A stretch of 64,000 nucleotides of DNA from Sphaerodactylus townsendi (taxonomy: Eukaryota), in assembly GCF_021028975.2 (NCBI RefSeq), contig NC_059436.1:35960001-36024000 (forward strand). The letters run 5' to 3'. A model generated the notes under the pieces. That model was not told where the DNA came from, ran no database searches, and saw nothing but the letters and a program-made list of their open reading frames with translations. Below are positions 47,756-60,552 of this stretch, piece after piece (positions within the stretch are counted from its first letter, which is position 1; the number at the start of each line of letters is the position of its first letter). A program made the translations under genes and the position numbers.

Positions 47756-49118
47756 TCCTAGGACAAAACTTAGCAGCATGTGGGGGAAGGGGCAGACAGT
47801 AGTTTGGGATATTTTTCATTACTCAGAAATACCCCTCATTAAAGACAGGGTTAGTGACCCTGGTATATATGCTCAGTCTGGACCTTTAAAACTTCTACAC
47901 AAATGCCAAGTAAGATTGTCTCTGGGTGATTATTGTCAATTCTTTTTTCCAATCAGTTCTGTTTATATCAGCAGGTCAAAGTGCCATAATTGAATAGGGG
48001 GTAAACCTTCCACCGTTAGTCTTTCCTCCATCGTCACCTGCTACTCTTTACAATCACAGCGCAGGGACCGTAAATAAGTATCATAATTTTAAAAGCACAA
48101 CAACCCAAGAACTAGCTGCGTTATTTATACATTCATCTAAAGAACCCTTTATGCTGCATCTCATAACCAATGGCTTCGAAAACAATACAGTCAGAGCAAT
48201 TTAACAATAAAATAGGTCCAACACTAATTTTTATAAAATATACAGCCGTTTGGAAGTTTAAACCCCTAAAAAGGCCACCATTGAATCAGGAGATTAGCCA
48301 GTTTGAGGTATCACATACCCCCACCCCCCCCAGGACAGCTAAAAAATATCATGTCCAAGCAAGAATAAATATGTGGGGGGGATTGGTGGAATAATGGGGG
48401 GGGGGGAAGGGTCACAAGTAGAAATTTAAACGGCTTTCTCTTTGCCAAGTCTCTTGCAAATTCCTTCCTAAAATCTCCCTTATTAAACCCCCGGTTCCTG
48501 GTGTTTTAAGATTGGCTTGTGAGGCTGTGCTTAGAATACCCCTCCTTATGAGCACCAGGCTAACTACACCTGGAACAATCCTGGTATCATAAACATGGGC
48601 TGGTCTTTTGAATTCTTCAGGAAGCAAACAAAGGCATTTTTGTTCAGCCAGGCTTTTGAAAACAGAGTTCTCCAGTTCTTGGAATGAATATGTTTTGGAG
48701 GAGGACTGAACCTGCTGATTGTCTGTTCTGTTCTCCAAAAAAAAATACTCTGTCCTGTCTTTACATTGCAAACTGTTTTGTAAACCAAACATTGAATAGA
48801 GGTGTATTGGTTCAAATAAAATCAGTAAATGGGCAGAGCAAGACAATTGGGCGTCTTCCCCCTCCCTTCCTGTCCTGGGCAGGGTTCTGTGCCTTTTCAG
48901 TACTTCATCATACGCCACTGGAATTCAACCAATGCAGTTTCCCTTTCCCTATCACTGCATTACCTGGTCAAAAACTGAACTCTGTCTGTTCCATTTCTGT
49001 CTGCAGTGCAGTGGCCCAAAGTGGTGGCTACTATAGAAGAAGGGGATGCTACAGAGGAGCGATGGATGAGGCACAGCAGCAAACACATGGAATTTTGTTA
49101 GACTCCATCAGACTATGT

Positions 49119-49256
49119 CAGTGGTGACGAACCTTTGGCACTCCAGATGTTATGGACTACAATTCCCATCAGCCCCTTCCAGCATGGCCATGCTGGAAGG
49201 GGCTGATGGGAATTGTAGTCCATAACATCTGGAGTGCCAAAGGTTCATCACCACGG
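49119..49256. mobile_element. Fully palindromic hAT MITE
   Basis: Hairpin arms CTCCAGATGTTATGGACTACAATTCCCATCAGCCC; TSD GACTATGT. Confidence 0.88.
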
Positions 49257-49473
49257 GACTATGTTCTACCACGGGACTATGTTCTCTCTACTTCAACTTG
49301 AAGCAGGGTCTGATTCAATATAGGGCAGGTTTGGGTGTTTATTAGGCTCTGCAGGGACATAAACAGAGAAAGGCTTTCCCTACTTAACAGGCTATAAACC
49401 TGAGATCTTGCTCATGCTCTTCCCTTAAATAAACAAGTTCCATCAGTATTGCACAGGGGAGCATCTTATAGCT

Positions 49474-49603
49474 CATAGGTGTCAAACTCGTGGCCCTCCA
49501 GATGTTATGGACTACAGTTCCCATCATCCCCTGCCAGCATCATCAGGGGATGATGGGAAGTGTAGTCCACAACATCTGGAGGGCCACGAGTTTGACACTT
49601 ATG
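49474..49603. mobile_element. Palindromic hAT MITE
   Basis: CATAGGTGTCAAACTC...GAGTTTGACACTTATG; TSD TTATAGCT. Confidence 0.88.
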
Positions 49604-49616
49604 TTATAGCTTATAC

Positions 49617-49764
49617 CAGGGGTAGGGAACCTGCGGCTCTCCAGATGTTCAGGAACTACAATTCCCATCAGCCCCTACCAGCATGGCCAATTGGCCATGC
49701 TGGTAGGGTCTGATGGGAATTGTAGTTCCTGAACATCTGGAGAGCCACAGGTTCCCTACCCCTG
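49617..49764. mobile_element. Palindromic hAT MITE
   Basis: CAGGGGTAGGGAACC...GGTTCCCTACCCCTG; TSD GCTTATAC. Confidence 0.9.
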
Positions 49765-49997
49765 GCTTATACCAACTCATTCCATTGTTCATGTAGGCCA
49801 AAACTGGTTGCTCTGACCAGCTGCAGCAGCTGTGCAGGGTCCTAAGCAGAGAACTCCTATCAAAATGTCCAGAGATGGAATCAGGGACCTTCAGCAAGCA
49901 AAACAAGCACTGAGGACCAAGTCCCAGTCCCAGGTCCAAGGAGAGCATCTCAGGTCAGTCCCACCCCTTCGTCTCAGTATCCCCTGAGAATTCGTAC

Positions 49998-50096
49998 CAC
50001 AACATGCTGTTTCTTCTCCGGCAGCACCTCTGCAACATATTTAGCGGTCACAGCACTCTGCAGCTGAAGAGTCTCACAATGATCTACAATTCTGTT
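49998..50096 (-). CDS. BSPRY: BSPRY exon 2 (NRIVDHCETLQLQSAVTAKYVAEVLPEKKQHVV)
   Basis: TTTCAG/GTACGA, 99 nt. Confidence 0.92.
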
Positions 50097-51630
50097 CTGA
50101 AACAGAAGAAGCGGGAAACTGTCATTGCTGCTTCACCCTCTCATCTTCAGTTGCCTGGTTTAGTAACATCCAAAAGGAAGCATGACTCTGAGTCTGAGCA
50201 CACTAAGGATCAAGAGCTTCACCCCCAACAGATTCAGAGTTGAGGAACAAGACTTCCAAGAAATGGCTTCTTTTGCATGTATCACCAATAAATTAGTCAT
50301 TGTACTGTCACAGGCTTTCACAGCCGGAATTGCTAGGATGCTGTGCATTTCCCAGGTTGCATGGCCATGTTCCAGTAGTATTTTCTCCTGACATTTCACC
50401 TGCATCTGTGGCTGGCATCTTCAGTGGATCTGTCAGCCACAGATGCAGTTGAAAAATCAGGAGAAAATACTACTAGAACACAGCCAGACAACCTGGAAAA
50501 CCCACAACATCCTAAACTAGTCATCGTCTGAACAGAACATAAGGAGAGGCACTCTGGTTCAGACTTTTTAGTCCAACATCCTATTTCCAACAGTGGCCTA
50601 CCAAATGCCCATCAGAAGGTCTACAAGCAGTGGCGGGATTCAGCAGGTTTGCACCACTTCAGCAGAACCGGTTGTTAAAATGGTGGTTGTAAACAGCCAG
50701 TTGTTAAATTATTTGAAACCCACCACAGGAACCGGTTGTTAAATTATTAGAATCCCACCACTGTTACAAGCAACACCCAAAGGCTTCCACCAGCTGTTGA
50801 CCCACCAGTTACAGATTTTTAGAGGTAGCCTGTCTCTGAACATGGAGGTTCAATGCTGCTCTCATGGGTAACAGCCACAGGTGGGCCTCCTCCATGGATT
50901 TGTCAATGTGTGTTTGTCGTTTAGGGCTGGCAATCCAGCTGTCATTCCAAAATAGCAGGGGTGCTCAAGTCTAAACGTTCTGGAAAATGTCCCCAACCTC
51001 CCAAAAGATCCAGACCATCACCTTTACCACCTGTTCCCAAGTATATGGAAGGTGGGTCACAGGTGTGCAGCAGGAGGCCTTTGAGAATGTCTGGAGGGGA
51101 AGCCATTGTGATGCAGCAGTGTCAAACTAGGCTGAGGGAGACCCAGTTCGAATCCCACCCACCCACCCACCCCGCCCTGCCCCGCCATTTTTAGCTTGCT
51201 GGTTTATCTTGGGCAAGTAACAAACTCTCAGCCTGACCTCCAAACAGAGGAGAGGAAAACAACCCAAGCAGTTTTGTGTCACCACTGGGGAGAAAGGGGA
51301 TTAAAATTAAGCAAATAAATTAATCATCACACATTCCAGAAACTGTAGCCACTTAACACACACACAAACTTCCTGGTACATGTTTCTATATCTTTGTAGC
51401 AGAAATCCGACAGGGCTGGATTTCTCCACTAGAAGAGCTTTGCCAGTTGAACTGATGCCTGACTCACATATGAGAAAGACGCCAGATCATTTTAAACGCT
51501 TAAAGGCGGTTCCGAGCAGAGTGCCATAAAAGAGAGGCAAAAGGGCCCCTTTTTTTTTATCCTCCCGGGGCAAACCCACCGCGGTGCCACCCCGGACAGA
51601 AATGCGGCAGCCCACCCCGTCCAGCCTCAC

Positions 51631-51867
51631 CCGCCGCTCGGCCGCCTCCTCGGCCAGTGGGCGCCCGCGGTGCCCTCGACAGCTGCCCTGGCTCGGGCAC
51701 TGCGCGCACACCAGCCGCCTCTCGGTGCAGCAAAACCAGCCCCTCTCCAGGGCGTGGTCGGGGCAAATGCCAGCGCTCGGCCGCCCGTCCCTGCGCCCTT
51801 GGCCCTGGGCACAGCCCGGCTGCTCCCGGCGCTCCTCGGCTCCGCTCGCTCTCGGCTCCTGAGCCAT
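51631..51867 (-). CDS. BSPRY: BSPRY exon 1, B-box (CPDH...FCCTERRLVCAQC...CRGH)
   Basis: B-box Cys/His pattern; donor GTGAGG; in a CpG island; exons sum to 1239 nt (412 aa + stop). Confidence 0.9.
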
Positions 51868-52499
51868 GACGGAGGGACTGAATCCAGGAGCGGCCGAAGC
51901 ACCTGATGCTCAGGTAGGCGGGGCGGGCTGCCCCGAGGAGCCTCGGGAACCGCCCTAATTGCCTTGAAACACGCCTTGCCGGTGTGGCAATCAGCTCGCT
52001 CGGGAGCAGGTGTTCGCCTGCTTCCTCACGGTTCTGCATTTGTTGTCCCAGAGCTTCCATGTGCGGGAGCAGTCTAGCCCTGAAGATCTAATTCCTTTTG
52101 GCAAAAGAACAAGGGACGTGGACCATTATGCTCCCCTCGCTTGGGAACTTTCCAGAGACACCCGGGCAGCGCATTTTGGAGGCTGGCTGGACTTGCTTAT
52201 AACTGGTACAGACTGAAATTACCTGTCGCCTGTTTGAATTCCGTGTTGGCTTGATTTGGCATAGAGCTCAGTTCTAGAACCTGTTTTGAATGCCAGTGTG
52301 CTTGAAATGTAGGTTTAAACGTTAAACCTTGAAATGTAGTTGGTTGTGGTGGGTTTTCCGGGCTGTGCGGCCGTGGTTTGGTAGATCTTGTTCCTAATGT
52401 TTCCCCTGCATCTGTGGCTGGCATCTTCAGAGGTCTATTACAGAGAGAAGTCTATTACAGACAATGGAATGGTACTGTTACAGACTTCCTTCTGTGATA

Positions 52500-53070
52500 C
52501 TCCATCACCTTCCGAGGAAGTGTATTCCACTGTGAAACAGCCTTTACTGTCAGGAAGTTCTTTGTAATGTTTAGATAGAATCTCTTTTCTCTTAATTTGA
52601 ATCCATTACTCTGTGTCCTAGTCACTGGAGCAGCAGAAAACAAGCTTTCTCCCTCTTCAACATGACATCCCTTCAAATATTTAAAGATGACTATCGTGTC
52701 ATCCTTTAACCTTCTCTTCTCCAGACCAAACATACCCAGTTCCCTAAGTCTCTCCTCGTGGGCATGGATGCCAGACCTTTTACCATTTTGGTCGCCCTCC
52801 TCTGGACACATTCCAGCTTGTCAACATCCTTCTTGAATTGTGGCACCGAGAACTGGATGCAGTATTCCAGGTGAGGTCGTGACCAGTGCAGAATAGAGTG
52901 GTATTATTACATCCGTTGCTCTACACACAGTTATACTGCTATTGATGCTGATCAGAATTGCATTGGTTTTCTAAGCTAAGCTGCCACATCACGCTGGTGA
53001 CTCATGTTCAGCTTGTGGTCTATGAAGACTCCCAGATGTCTTTTACATGACTGGTGTTGCCCATCTTATA
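52500..53070 (-). mobile_element. CR1 LINE ORF2 C-terminal fragment
   Basis: [20 protein letters not shown]...FKYLKG...SNGFKL...NFLTVKAVSQWNTLP. Confidence 0.88.
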
Positions 53071-54789
53071 TCTGGGCATTTCACTTTTTCTGCCTGAGTG
53101 TAGAGAGAAAATTTCTTCCTTTCCCAAATACTAGAATTCAGGACTGTGGGGTTAAATTGATGGACTGACCAAAGGAACTTTTCATAGTGTATAACTAGGG
53201 CTGCATCTACTTTTTTTTTTAAGTGGAGCAAAAGTACAAATAGGCACCCCCCCTAGATTATATACATTTTTTCCTTTCTATAATCTGTTGCTGCCACTGC
53301 CTCACTTTGCGTGCTGCCCAGGGCAGGTGCCCCCTTGGCCTCCTAGATCCAACCCTGTGCATAACTAACCAATAGAGAAAGCCAGTGTGGTGTATGTCAT
53401 TCTAGGATCTGGGAAACCCAGGTTCAAATTCACACACTGCCATGAAAACTTACCGGGTGCCATCAACCCTAGCATTTGGATGGAAGACCACTAAGGAATA
53501 CCAGAGTTGCTGTGCAGAGGCAGGAAATGGCAAACCACCTCTGAACATCTCTTGCCTTGGAAACCCTACAGAGTCGCAATAAGTTGGTTGTGACTTGATG
53601 GCAAAACACGTACTCACAGCTAACCTATGGAACTCATTGCCACAACGCATAGTGATGGCTACGAGCTAAGATATGTAATCAAAATGTTATTGTCTGTACC
53701 TCTTCTGTTTAAACCACCTCTCATAATTTCCCCCTTTCTTTCGCTATAGCCATGAGCCGACCAGAGCTACAGTCTATACATCTGATATCTGATAAAGTGG
53801 CTCTAGCCCACTAAAGCTGATGTCCTAATAAATTGGCCATTTTTAAGGGACTACAGAATTGCTTTCTGGTTTTGCTGTAACATTGCTGACTTCTCATCAT
53901 TTCTGTGAATACAGCTGTATTCAATTAACTATGAATACTTAATTGCCACTGTATGGACCTTACTTTGCTCTCTGAAAAGAACCTGCTGTATAAGGGAACA
54001 GCATAAGGACTTTAAGAAGAGCCTTCATATGAAACAAAAATATTTATTTTAGACTGTTGACAAAGCATAATTTAATTGGCTTGAGAAAGAACATGATTTT
54101 GAAATAAAACCTAATCCGGAGGTTTTATTGCCTCGGCTCCAGCTTACAAACCTCTAGTGCGTTACTCATTGCTTCACCTGTTGGATAGAATTACAAATTG
54201 AGACTGTATACATAACTTATTATTTGTACTGAACTCTAATATTGAGTGTATGTACGCTAGGGTGTAGTTACTAATGTTGTGCTTTCTATACACCTACTCT
54301 GTAAAAATGGTGGGTAACATTAGTCATGGCAACTAATAAAACCTACATGTTCAGAGGCAGTTTACCTCTGCAAGGGGCAGCAGCAGGGAGGGGGCTGAAG
54401 CCTTCATGCCTTCCTTGTAAACCTCCTGCAAGGTGGCTGCAATTTCAAACAGGATGATGAGTGTGCTGCTGGATCTTGTCCCTTTGGTATGATGCAGCAG
54501 GGTTCTTGGATGGCCTTTATGCCTCCTCCACTCTGCCACAAAAGCCACAGCAAGCCCACTTTCACATGGGGTCAAAAATCTTCCAGGCACGAGCAGCTCC
54601 CTGGCTCTCCTACTCCCGAAGTTATGCACAGCCTCTGCTCCCCGGAGTCGCCTTCAAAATCATCCATGTAGCTGCAGAGATTGGAGGGTTTCGGGTTGCT
54701 AATTGTGTCATGCAGCCAAGGAGTGCTGAATCCGAGCCCTGCCCTCTCTTGGTTTCAGAGGGGAAACCAAGCACGGAGCTCCATCAGAC

Positions 54790-54910
54790 AGTCCCTCCCC
54801 GGCAGAAGCATCTCCGCCCCTTGGCGGCTGGTTGCCAGGGATGAAGTGGAGTGGCAGAGCAAAACTGGAAGGATGCAGAAAGCTGGAGAGATTCAGTGGG
54901 AGGCAGGCAG
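54790..54910 (+). promoter_or_regulatory. Candidate WDR31 promoter / non-coding first exon
   Basis: GC box CTCCGCCCC ~54812; X-box half site GTTGCCAGGG 54831; strong donor CAG/GTAAGG at 54911. Confidence 0.35.
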
Positions 54911-55087
54911 GTAAGGACAGGTGGGGACCGGGAGACAGACAGGGCCCCATTGTCCATCTAGCCCTGACAGAAATCACATTCGGAGGACCCATCAGAGAAA
55001 GAGAGAGAGTGTGTGTTCTCCAGAACATCCTATCAATAACAGCCTTGCTCAGATCTTGCAAACTGAGATTTGTGGCTTCCTTTAGGG

Positions 55088-55222
55088 CACAGGTGTCAAA
55101 CTCGTGGCCCTCCAGATGTTATGGACTACAGTTCCCATCATCCCTTACCAGCATCATGCTGACAGGGGATGATGGGAACTGTAGTCCATAACATCTGGAG
55201 GGCTGCAAGTTTGATACTTGTG
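55088..55222. mobile_element. Palindromic hAT MITE (family of 49474 copy; another relative at 59976-60080)
   Basis: CACAGGTGTCAAACTC...GTTTGATACTTGTG; flanks CTTTAGGG/CTTTAGAG. Confidence 0.85.
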
Positions 55223-55229
55223 CTTTAGA

Positions 55230-55515
55230 GTCAATCTATCTCCTGTTGATTCTTCCTCTTTTCCTGCTGCCTTTGACTTCTCTTTGCATTATTGTCTTTT
55301 CCAATGACTCTTGTATTCTCATAATATGGCCAAAGTACGATAGCCTCAGTGTAGTCATTTTAACTTCCAGGGACAGTTCAGATTTGATTTGATCTAGAAA
55401 CCACTTATTTGTCCTTTTGGCGGTCTACAGTATCTGTAAATCTTCCAACACCACATTTCAAGGGAATCTACTTTCTTCCTGCCAGCTTTCTTCATTGTTT
55501 AGCTTTCACACCCAT
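55230..55515 (-). mobile_element. RTE/BovB LINE ORF C-terminal fragment
   Basis: Reverse complement encodes GCES.TMKKA.RKKVDS.EMWCW...LSLE.KMT.LRLSYFGHIMR...LEKTIM-like sequence. Confidence 0.8.
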
Positions 55516-57404
55516 CATGGTAGACCCCTGCAAAACAGATGTCGGACATTTCTCTCATTCCCACCATCTTGCCTGGGTTGCCAAATCTCCACCCAGTGGC
55601 TTCTTCTAACTGGGAGACTGGTCCCTCCTCCTTTCCAAGCATAGAAAAGGGGCAGCCTAAATGATCAAGGGGGTAGTGCCCCCTCCCTATAAAAAAAAAA
55701 GGCTGAGGCGTTAGGGGCTTTTTTGATTTCGACAGACCAACCTGAGATTTTCCTCCTTCTCTAATAATACTAGATTGTCATGAAAGGAGAGAGGCATTAA
55801 TTGATGGCTGATTGGTTGAGCATACACAAAGTAAGATAATTCAGACACAGTCAACTTAGAATGGTTGTGAAAGAGGGTTAGACCAATTTATGTGGGATGG
55901 AACCATCAATACGTGTGAACCAGAATAGCTAAACAGAACCTCCACGTGCAGAGGCAGTTTGCTTGGTGGGACAAATGGGAGGGCTGCTACCTTTACGCCC
56001 TGCTTTGGGACTTCTTTTTGTGACCTCTGGACTGCATGGGCTTATGATCTGATCCAGTGGGGCTCTTCTTATGTTCTTCAAAAGTATACCTGCAAACCAG
56101 ACAATATTTAGTTTTTTTGTTAGTGTACCCAAAGGCCTTGCTGGATTGAACCAAAGATCCACCTTCCCCTGCATACAGCAGCTGGAATGCTTCCACAAAC
56201 AGGGCATAAATGCAAAAGCTCTCTTCCATTGCTTGCCTTTAGCACCTAGTATGCAGGGATATACTGCCTCTGACTATGGGGGTTCCATTTAGCTATGATG
56301 GATAATAGACCTGTCCTTCCTTTTTTGCCAGGTCAAACATCTTCCAAAAAATGATTATGAAGTTGATAATTTATATTGATGTTCTGTTGCTATGGGGAAG
56401 GGAAGCTCATGATGATGATGACAAAGTGGAGCATAATGCTTGGTTTGCAAGGGCTGAACAACAGATTATCCTTTAAATCTTTTGGATATAGAGATACGAG
56501 GCTTAGTTGTGTCTCACTGTTTGTTTAGCCAAGGGGGTGAAATTAGAATAGTCTCCAAGAATGCAGCCCGCGATACCTCTGGCAGCTATTTCATCCTCCA
56601 AATTCTTACAGGTGGTTGTTTCAATAGTACTGATTATGTTTCGAATATGAACCAATTTGTAAAAATAGGACTTTTTCCAGTCCTGCCATTGTTGGAGCTT
56701 CAGATAAATGCAACAGAGGAAATCTACCACCATGAATCAACTACAAGCATCCCTGGTTAGGGAAGAATCTAATTTCTTGGATTCTGACTGACAAAGGAAA
56801 CGGAATTCTTTCAGCTGCATGAAAATCCTGGCCAGAAGGTTGATGGTTGCAGATTCCAAAGTCATTGTTGGCTCATTGTTCATGGTATGGTGCCGCAAAT
56901 TGTGCATTTGTCTGTGTGTAATTCAAGTTGTGTCATTGCAAGCCTGTCGTTTCTTTATGAATTGCACATTTGGGTCCTGGAAATGGAAACCCAAACAACA
57001 GGCAGACAACATCAAGATTCAAAGAGCTGCAGTGCAAGATGATCCCTTGGTAAAGTCACCTAGGTTTTGTCGAAGGCTTTCACAGCCGGATTCAAGTGGT
57101 TGTGGTGGGTTTTCTGGGCTGTGTGGCTGTGGTCTGGTAGATCTTGTTCCTAACGTTTCGCCTGCATCTGCGGCTGACATCTTTCAGAGGTGTATCACAG
57201 AGAGAAGTCTGTTACACCCTGTTTGGTTAGAGGTATACATGGTAAGCATCCTTGACCTGGTTTGGCCCTGGTTAGTATTTGGATGGGAGACCACCAAGGA
57301 AGTCCAAGGTCACTAGGCCAGGAAGGATATGGCAAACTGAGCAGCTCTTGCCCTGAAAACTCTATGGGGTCACTACAAATTGTCTGACACTTGAACAGGG
57401 AAAC

Positions 57405-57482
57405 ATACATACGTACGTACGTACGTATGTACGTACGTACATACATACATACACGCATGCACGCACACATACATACATACAT
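57405..57482. repeat. Compound tetranucleotide microsatellite (TACA/TACG/CACG)n
   Basis: Direct reading. Confidence 0.9.
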
Positions 57483-58976
57483 GTGCATCTTTACACTGAT
57501 GTTTTCCAAGAAAGCCGTCACTCCTTAACCCTTTCCCCACATTGAAATTGAGAAGTTTCTAGGTCTGTTGTGATATGGAATGCAACATTAAAAAAAACAA
57601 AAGTTTGAAAATGCATTGGAGTTTTCAGCGGCCTCTAAGAGTGTGATCCTATGTATGCATACCTGGGAGCACAATCCACTGAATACCATAGGCCTTTTTT
57701 TTCTGAGTAAACCTGCATGGAATCATACTGTAGCTTTTTGGATCCCAGCCATTTTATTCTTTATATGGAACAGCATGGAAGAAAATCAATAAATTAAAAA
57801 TCCCATACATTACAACAAAAGAAAGCTATTTAGTTCAGGAAAAGACAAAAATGTCAGTTTCAGGTAACACAATTTGGAGTGTTCTCTCACTCAAGAGTGG
57901 GAAGATGTCTTCCTATCCGACAGGAGGACCAAAGGAAGACTGACTTTGCAGGTGCCACTTCCATTACTTTTCACCCTGTCTTCTACCATTGCTGTGCCTT
58001 TGTGAAAAGACAACAGAAAGGCAGCTGTAATTGCACCTGTATTGAGTTTCTGTGCTGACTGACGGCCAGCAGGAAGAATGATTCACAATTGCATTTCAGT
58101 GCCTATATCACTAGACTTTCCACAGTAGAGGAAATTCAGGCCTCCTCAAATTTCCTGCCTAAAGGCCAGTTTTATAAACTTTTGACAAACCACAAAAAAA
58201 TTGCAAAGAAGATAAAAGTTCATCACAGATCTTTTTTTCTCCCTCTTCCCCTAAAAATCAACATGCAGAATTACTGGACATCTCCTTAGTCACAGCAAGA
58301 AAAATTGGAAATGTTCCAGAGTGATCCATCAACTTGGGTACGAACCAGCATCTTACATTCCTTCTTGCTCCCTGCGTTTTTTACTTATGCAAGCTTCATG
58401 CAGGCCTAAACATTCCAAACATCTTTATAGGGTCAGATCCCCTGTAACATGCACATTACTTCCTTCCTTGTAACTTTATGGGCAGCAGAACAAACATGAG
58501 GTCCAAGGAGATCTAGGGCAGTAACATCAGCTGTATCAGTGGCCTTTGAGGATGGACCATTCATGCATGTTACCCTTCAGTGCTGCAGCCATGAAGGCAG
58601 GAAACCTGAACCAGCCCCACTGAGCCTACATAATAAACTGGAAAACTATTAGAAATAGAAGGGGTACACATTTGAATTGTACACCTCTCTGGATACTCTT
58701 ACCATTCACAAAAATGTTATAACTAAAATACACTGAAATGATAAAGGAGTAATAGGCTTGACTGACAGATGGTTCTAGAGTCAGGAAGGAGGGGATGCTG
58801 GAACAGGGTAAAGATGAGCAGTGAATACAAGAGAATTAACCGGCCGAGTAGGCTCAGGATGGGCAGCGTGCTGTGATGTGAGCAAGTTAAGTCCCTTTTT
58901 AATTCCCTTCCTTGTCTTTCAGCCAGAGATTCTTGCCAGGCTAAGCTCTCCCCTTTCTGCTTTCTCGAGGGATATC

Positions 58977-59023
58977 ATGGGGAAACTGCAGAGCAAAATT
59001 CGTAGCAGGCCCTCTAAATACAG
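58977..59023 (+). CDS. WDR31: WD repeat-containing protein 31, coding exon 1 (MGKLQSKIRSRPSKYR)
   Basis: Matches MGKQQSK segment of WDR31; acceptor TTTCAG at 58922, donor GTAAGG. Confidence 0.85.
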
Positions 59024-59801
59024 GTAAGGGGGAATTGCTGGGTTGGCCATTGTCCTATTGAGCAACTCCTGCAACACTGTGATCTGGAAGGGAAGGGAAA
59101 GGTGGCAATGGCTTCAGTCCTTGGGCTTTGTTCTACTAGCAATGGCCCTTTCCTCTGCAGCATGAAGCCCTCTGTTAAGGCAAGACGCTCTAGGCATCTC
59201 TTGCATCAGGGTATGACTCCATGAGCAGAGGAAAACACTACCAAATGGGGAATGGATTTGTGGGCTTTCTCGCATGCTTGATCAATTTAACGTTGGTATT
59301 TATTCATCTGTTTATACCCCATTTATCTCCCCAGTGAAGGCCCAAAGCAGTGTATGGTGCTATTCTCTCCTCCATTTTATCCTCCCATCAGCGCACCTCT
59401 TGAGTTGGGTGAGGCTGAGAAAGAATGACTGACCAAAGACGACTTCTGCGGCAGAAAGAGGATTTGACCCTCCAGTCCAACACTCTAACCCCTGTACCTC
59501 ACTGGCTTTCAGATATCATGTTTTTGATCTGCTGTTATTAATTTTTTTTCATATCGTGCCGAACAAGCACAGGGCACTTTACAGAGTACAGGATGACCCC
59601 AAGGAGATTACTATCTGAAAATAGACCCAGAGAACAAACTAGGGGAAGGGACAAAGATCGAGGTGGGGAAAAATCAAGGTCTGGGGCGATTTAGTTTCAG
59701 TAGGAGACTGTTGTACGAAAAGATGACTGAGTGGGACCACTGAACAAGGAAATCAACGCTTGGTACTGAATCCTCATTTCTCTTTTGCTCCTGCTTGACA
59801 G

Positions 59802-59922
59802 GGCTGAGGAAGAGAACCCACCCTCCAAGACTGTGTTGCAGTACAGCCCGGCTCACGGGGATGCTGTTGCTTCTGTGGCTTCCCTCCCACCAGATCTGTG
59901 CCTGTCAGGAGGAAAAGACAAG
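59802..59922 (+). CDS. WDR31: WDR31 coding exon 2 (AEEENPPSKTVLQYSPAHGDAVASVASLPPDLCLSGGKDK)
   Basis: GACAG/GTTGGT, 121 nt; YSPAH...DLC.SGGKDK motif. Confidence 0.92.
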
Positions 59923-60408
59923 GTTGGTCAGGTGTCACTCTTGGCTGGCAACAGCACTGGAATCCTGCTGTAGAGCAGAGGTGTCCAGCTCTGGCCCTCC
60001 AGATGTTCATGGACTATGATTCCCATCAGCCCTGCCAGCATGTCCATGAACATCTGGAGGGCCAGAGTTGGGCACCCCTGGTCTAGACAGACTAGTGGTG
60101 TGTCGTGGTGTCCACTGTCTTAATAAGATCATCTACGTGACATGGGAACTGTGGCTTCAGAAAGATAGTGAATTGGTGGCAGAGTACCCACTTTACTAGT
60201 AGGAAGTCCCAGTTTCAATCCCTGACATCTCAGATGTTGAGAAAGTCTTCTCTATTTGTGCCTGAGACAAGCCGAAGGTCAGTGGCTACCCCATCAAACG
60301 ATAGCTCCCGAATTATTTGCTTAAACCAGTTTGTATATAGTGTGCCAAATCATTAGTCCTAAGTAAAGTATTTTTAAAGCAGGAAAACCGTGATATTCCC
60401 TAAAATGA

Positions 60409-60552
<144 letters not shown>

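Noticed and set aside
56351-56476. Short ORF containing DDDDK, like a trypsinogen activation peptide
   Set aside because: Arises from a (GAT)n run, is not followed by IVGG, and stops after 41 codons.
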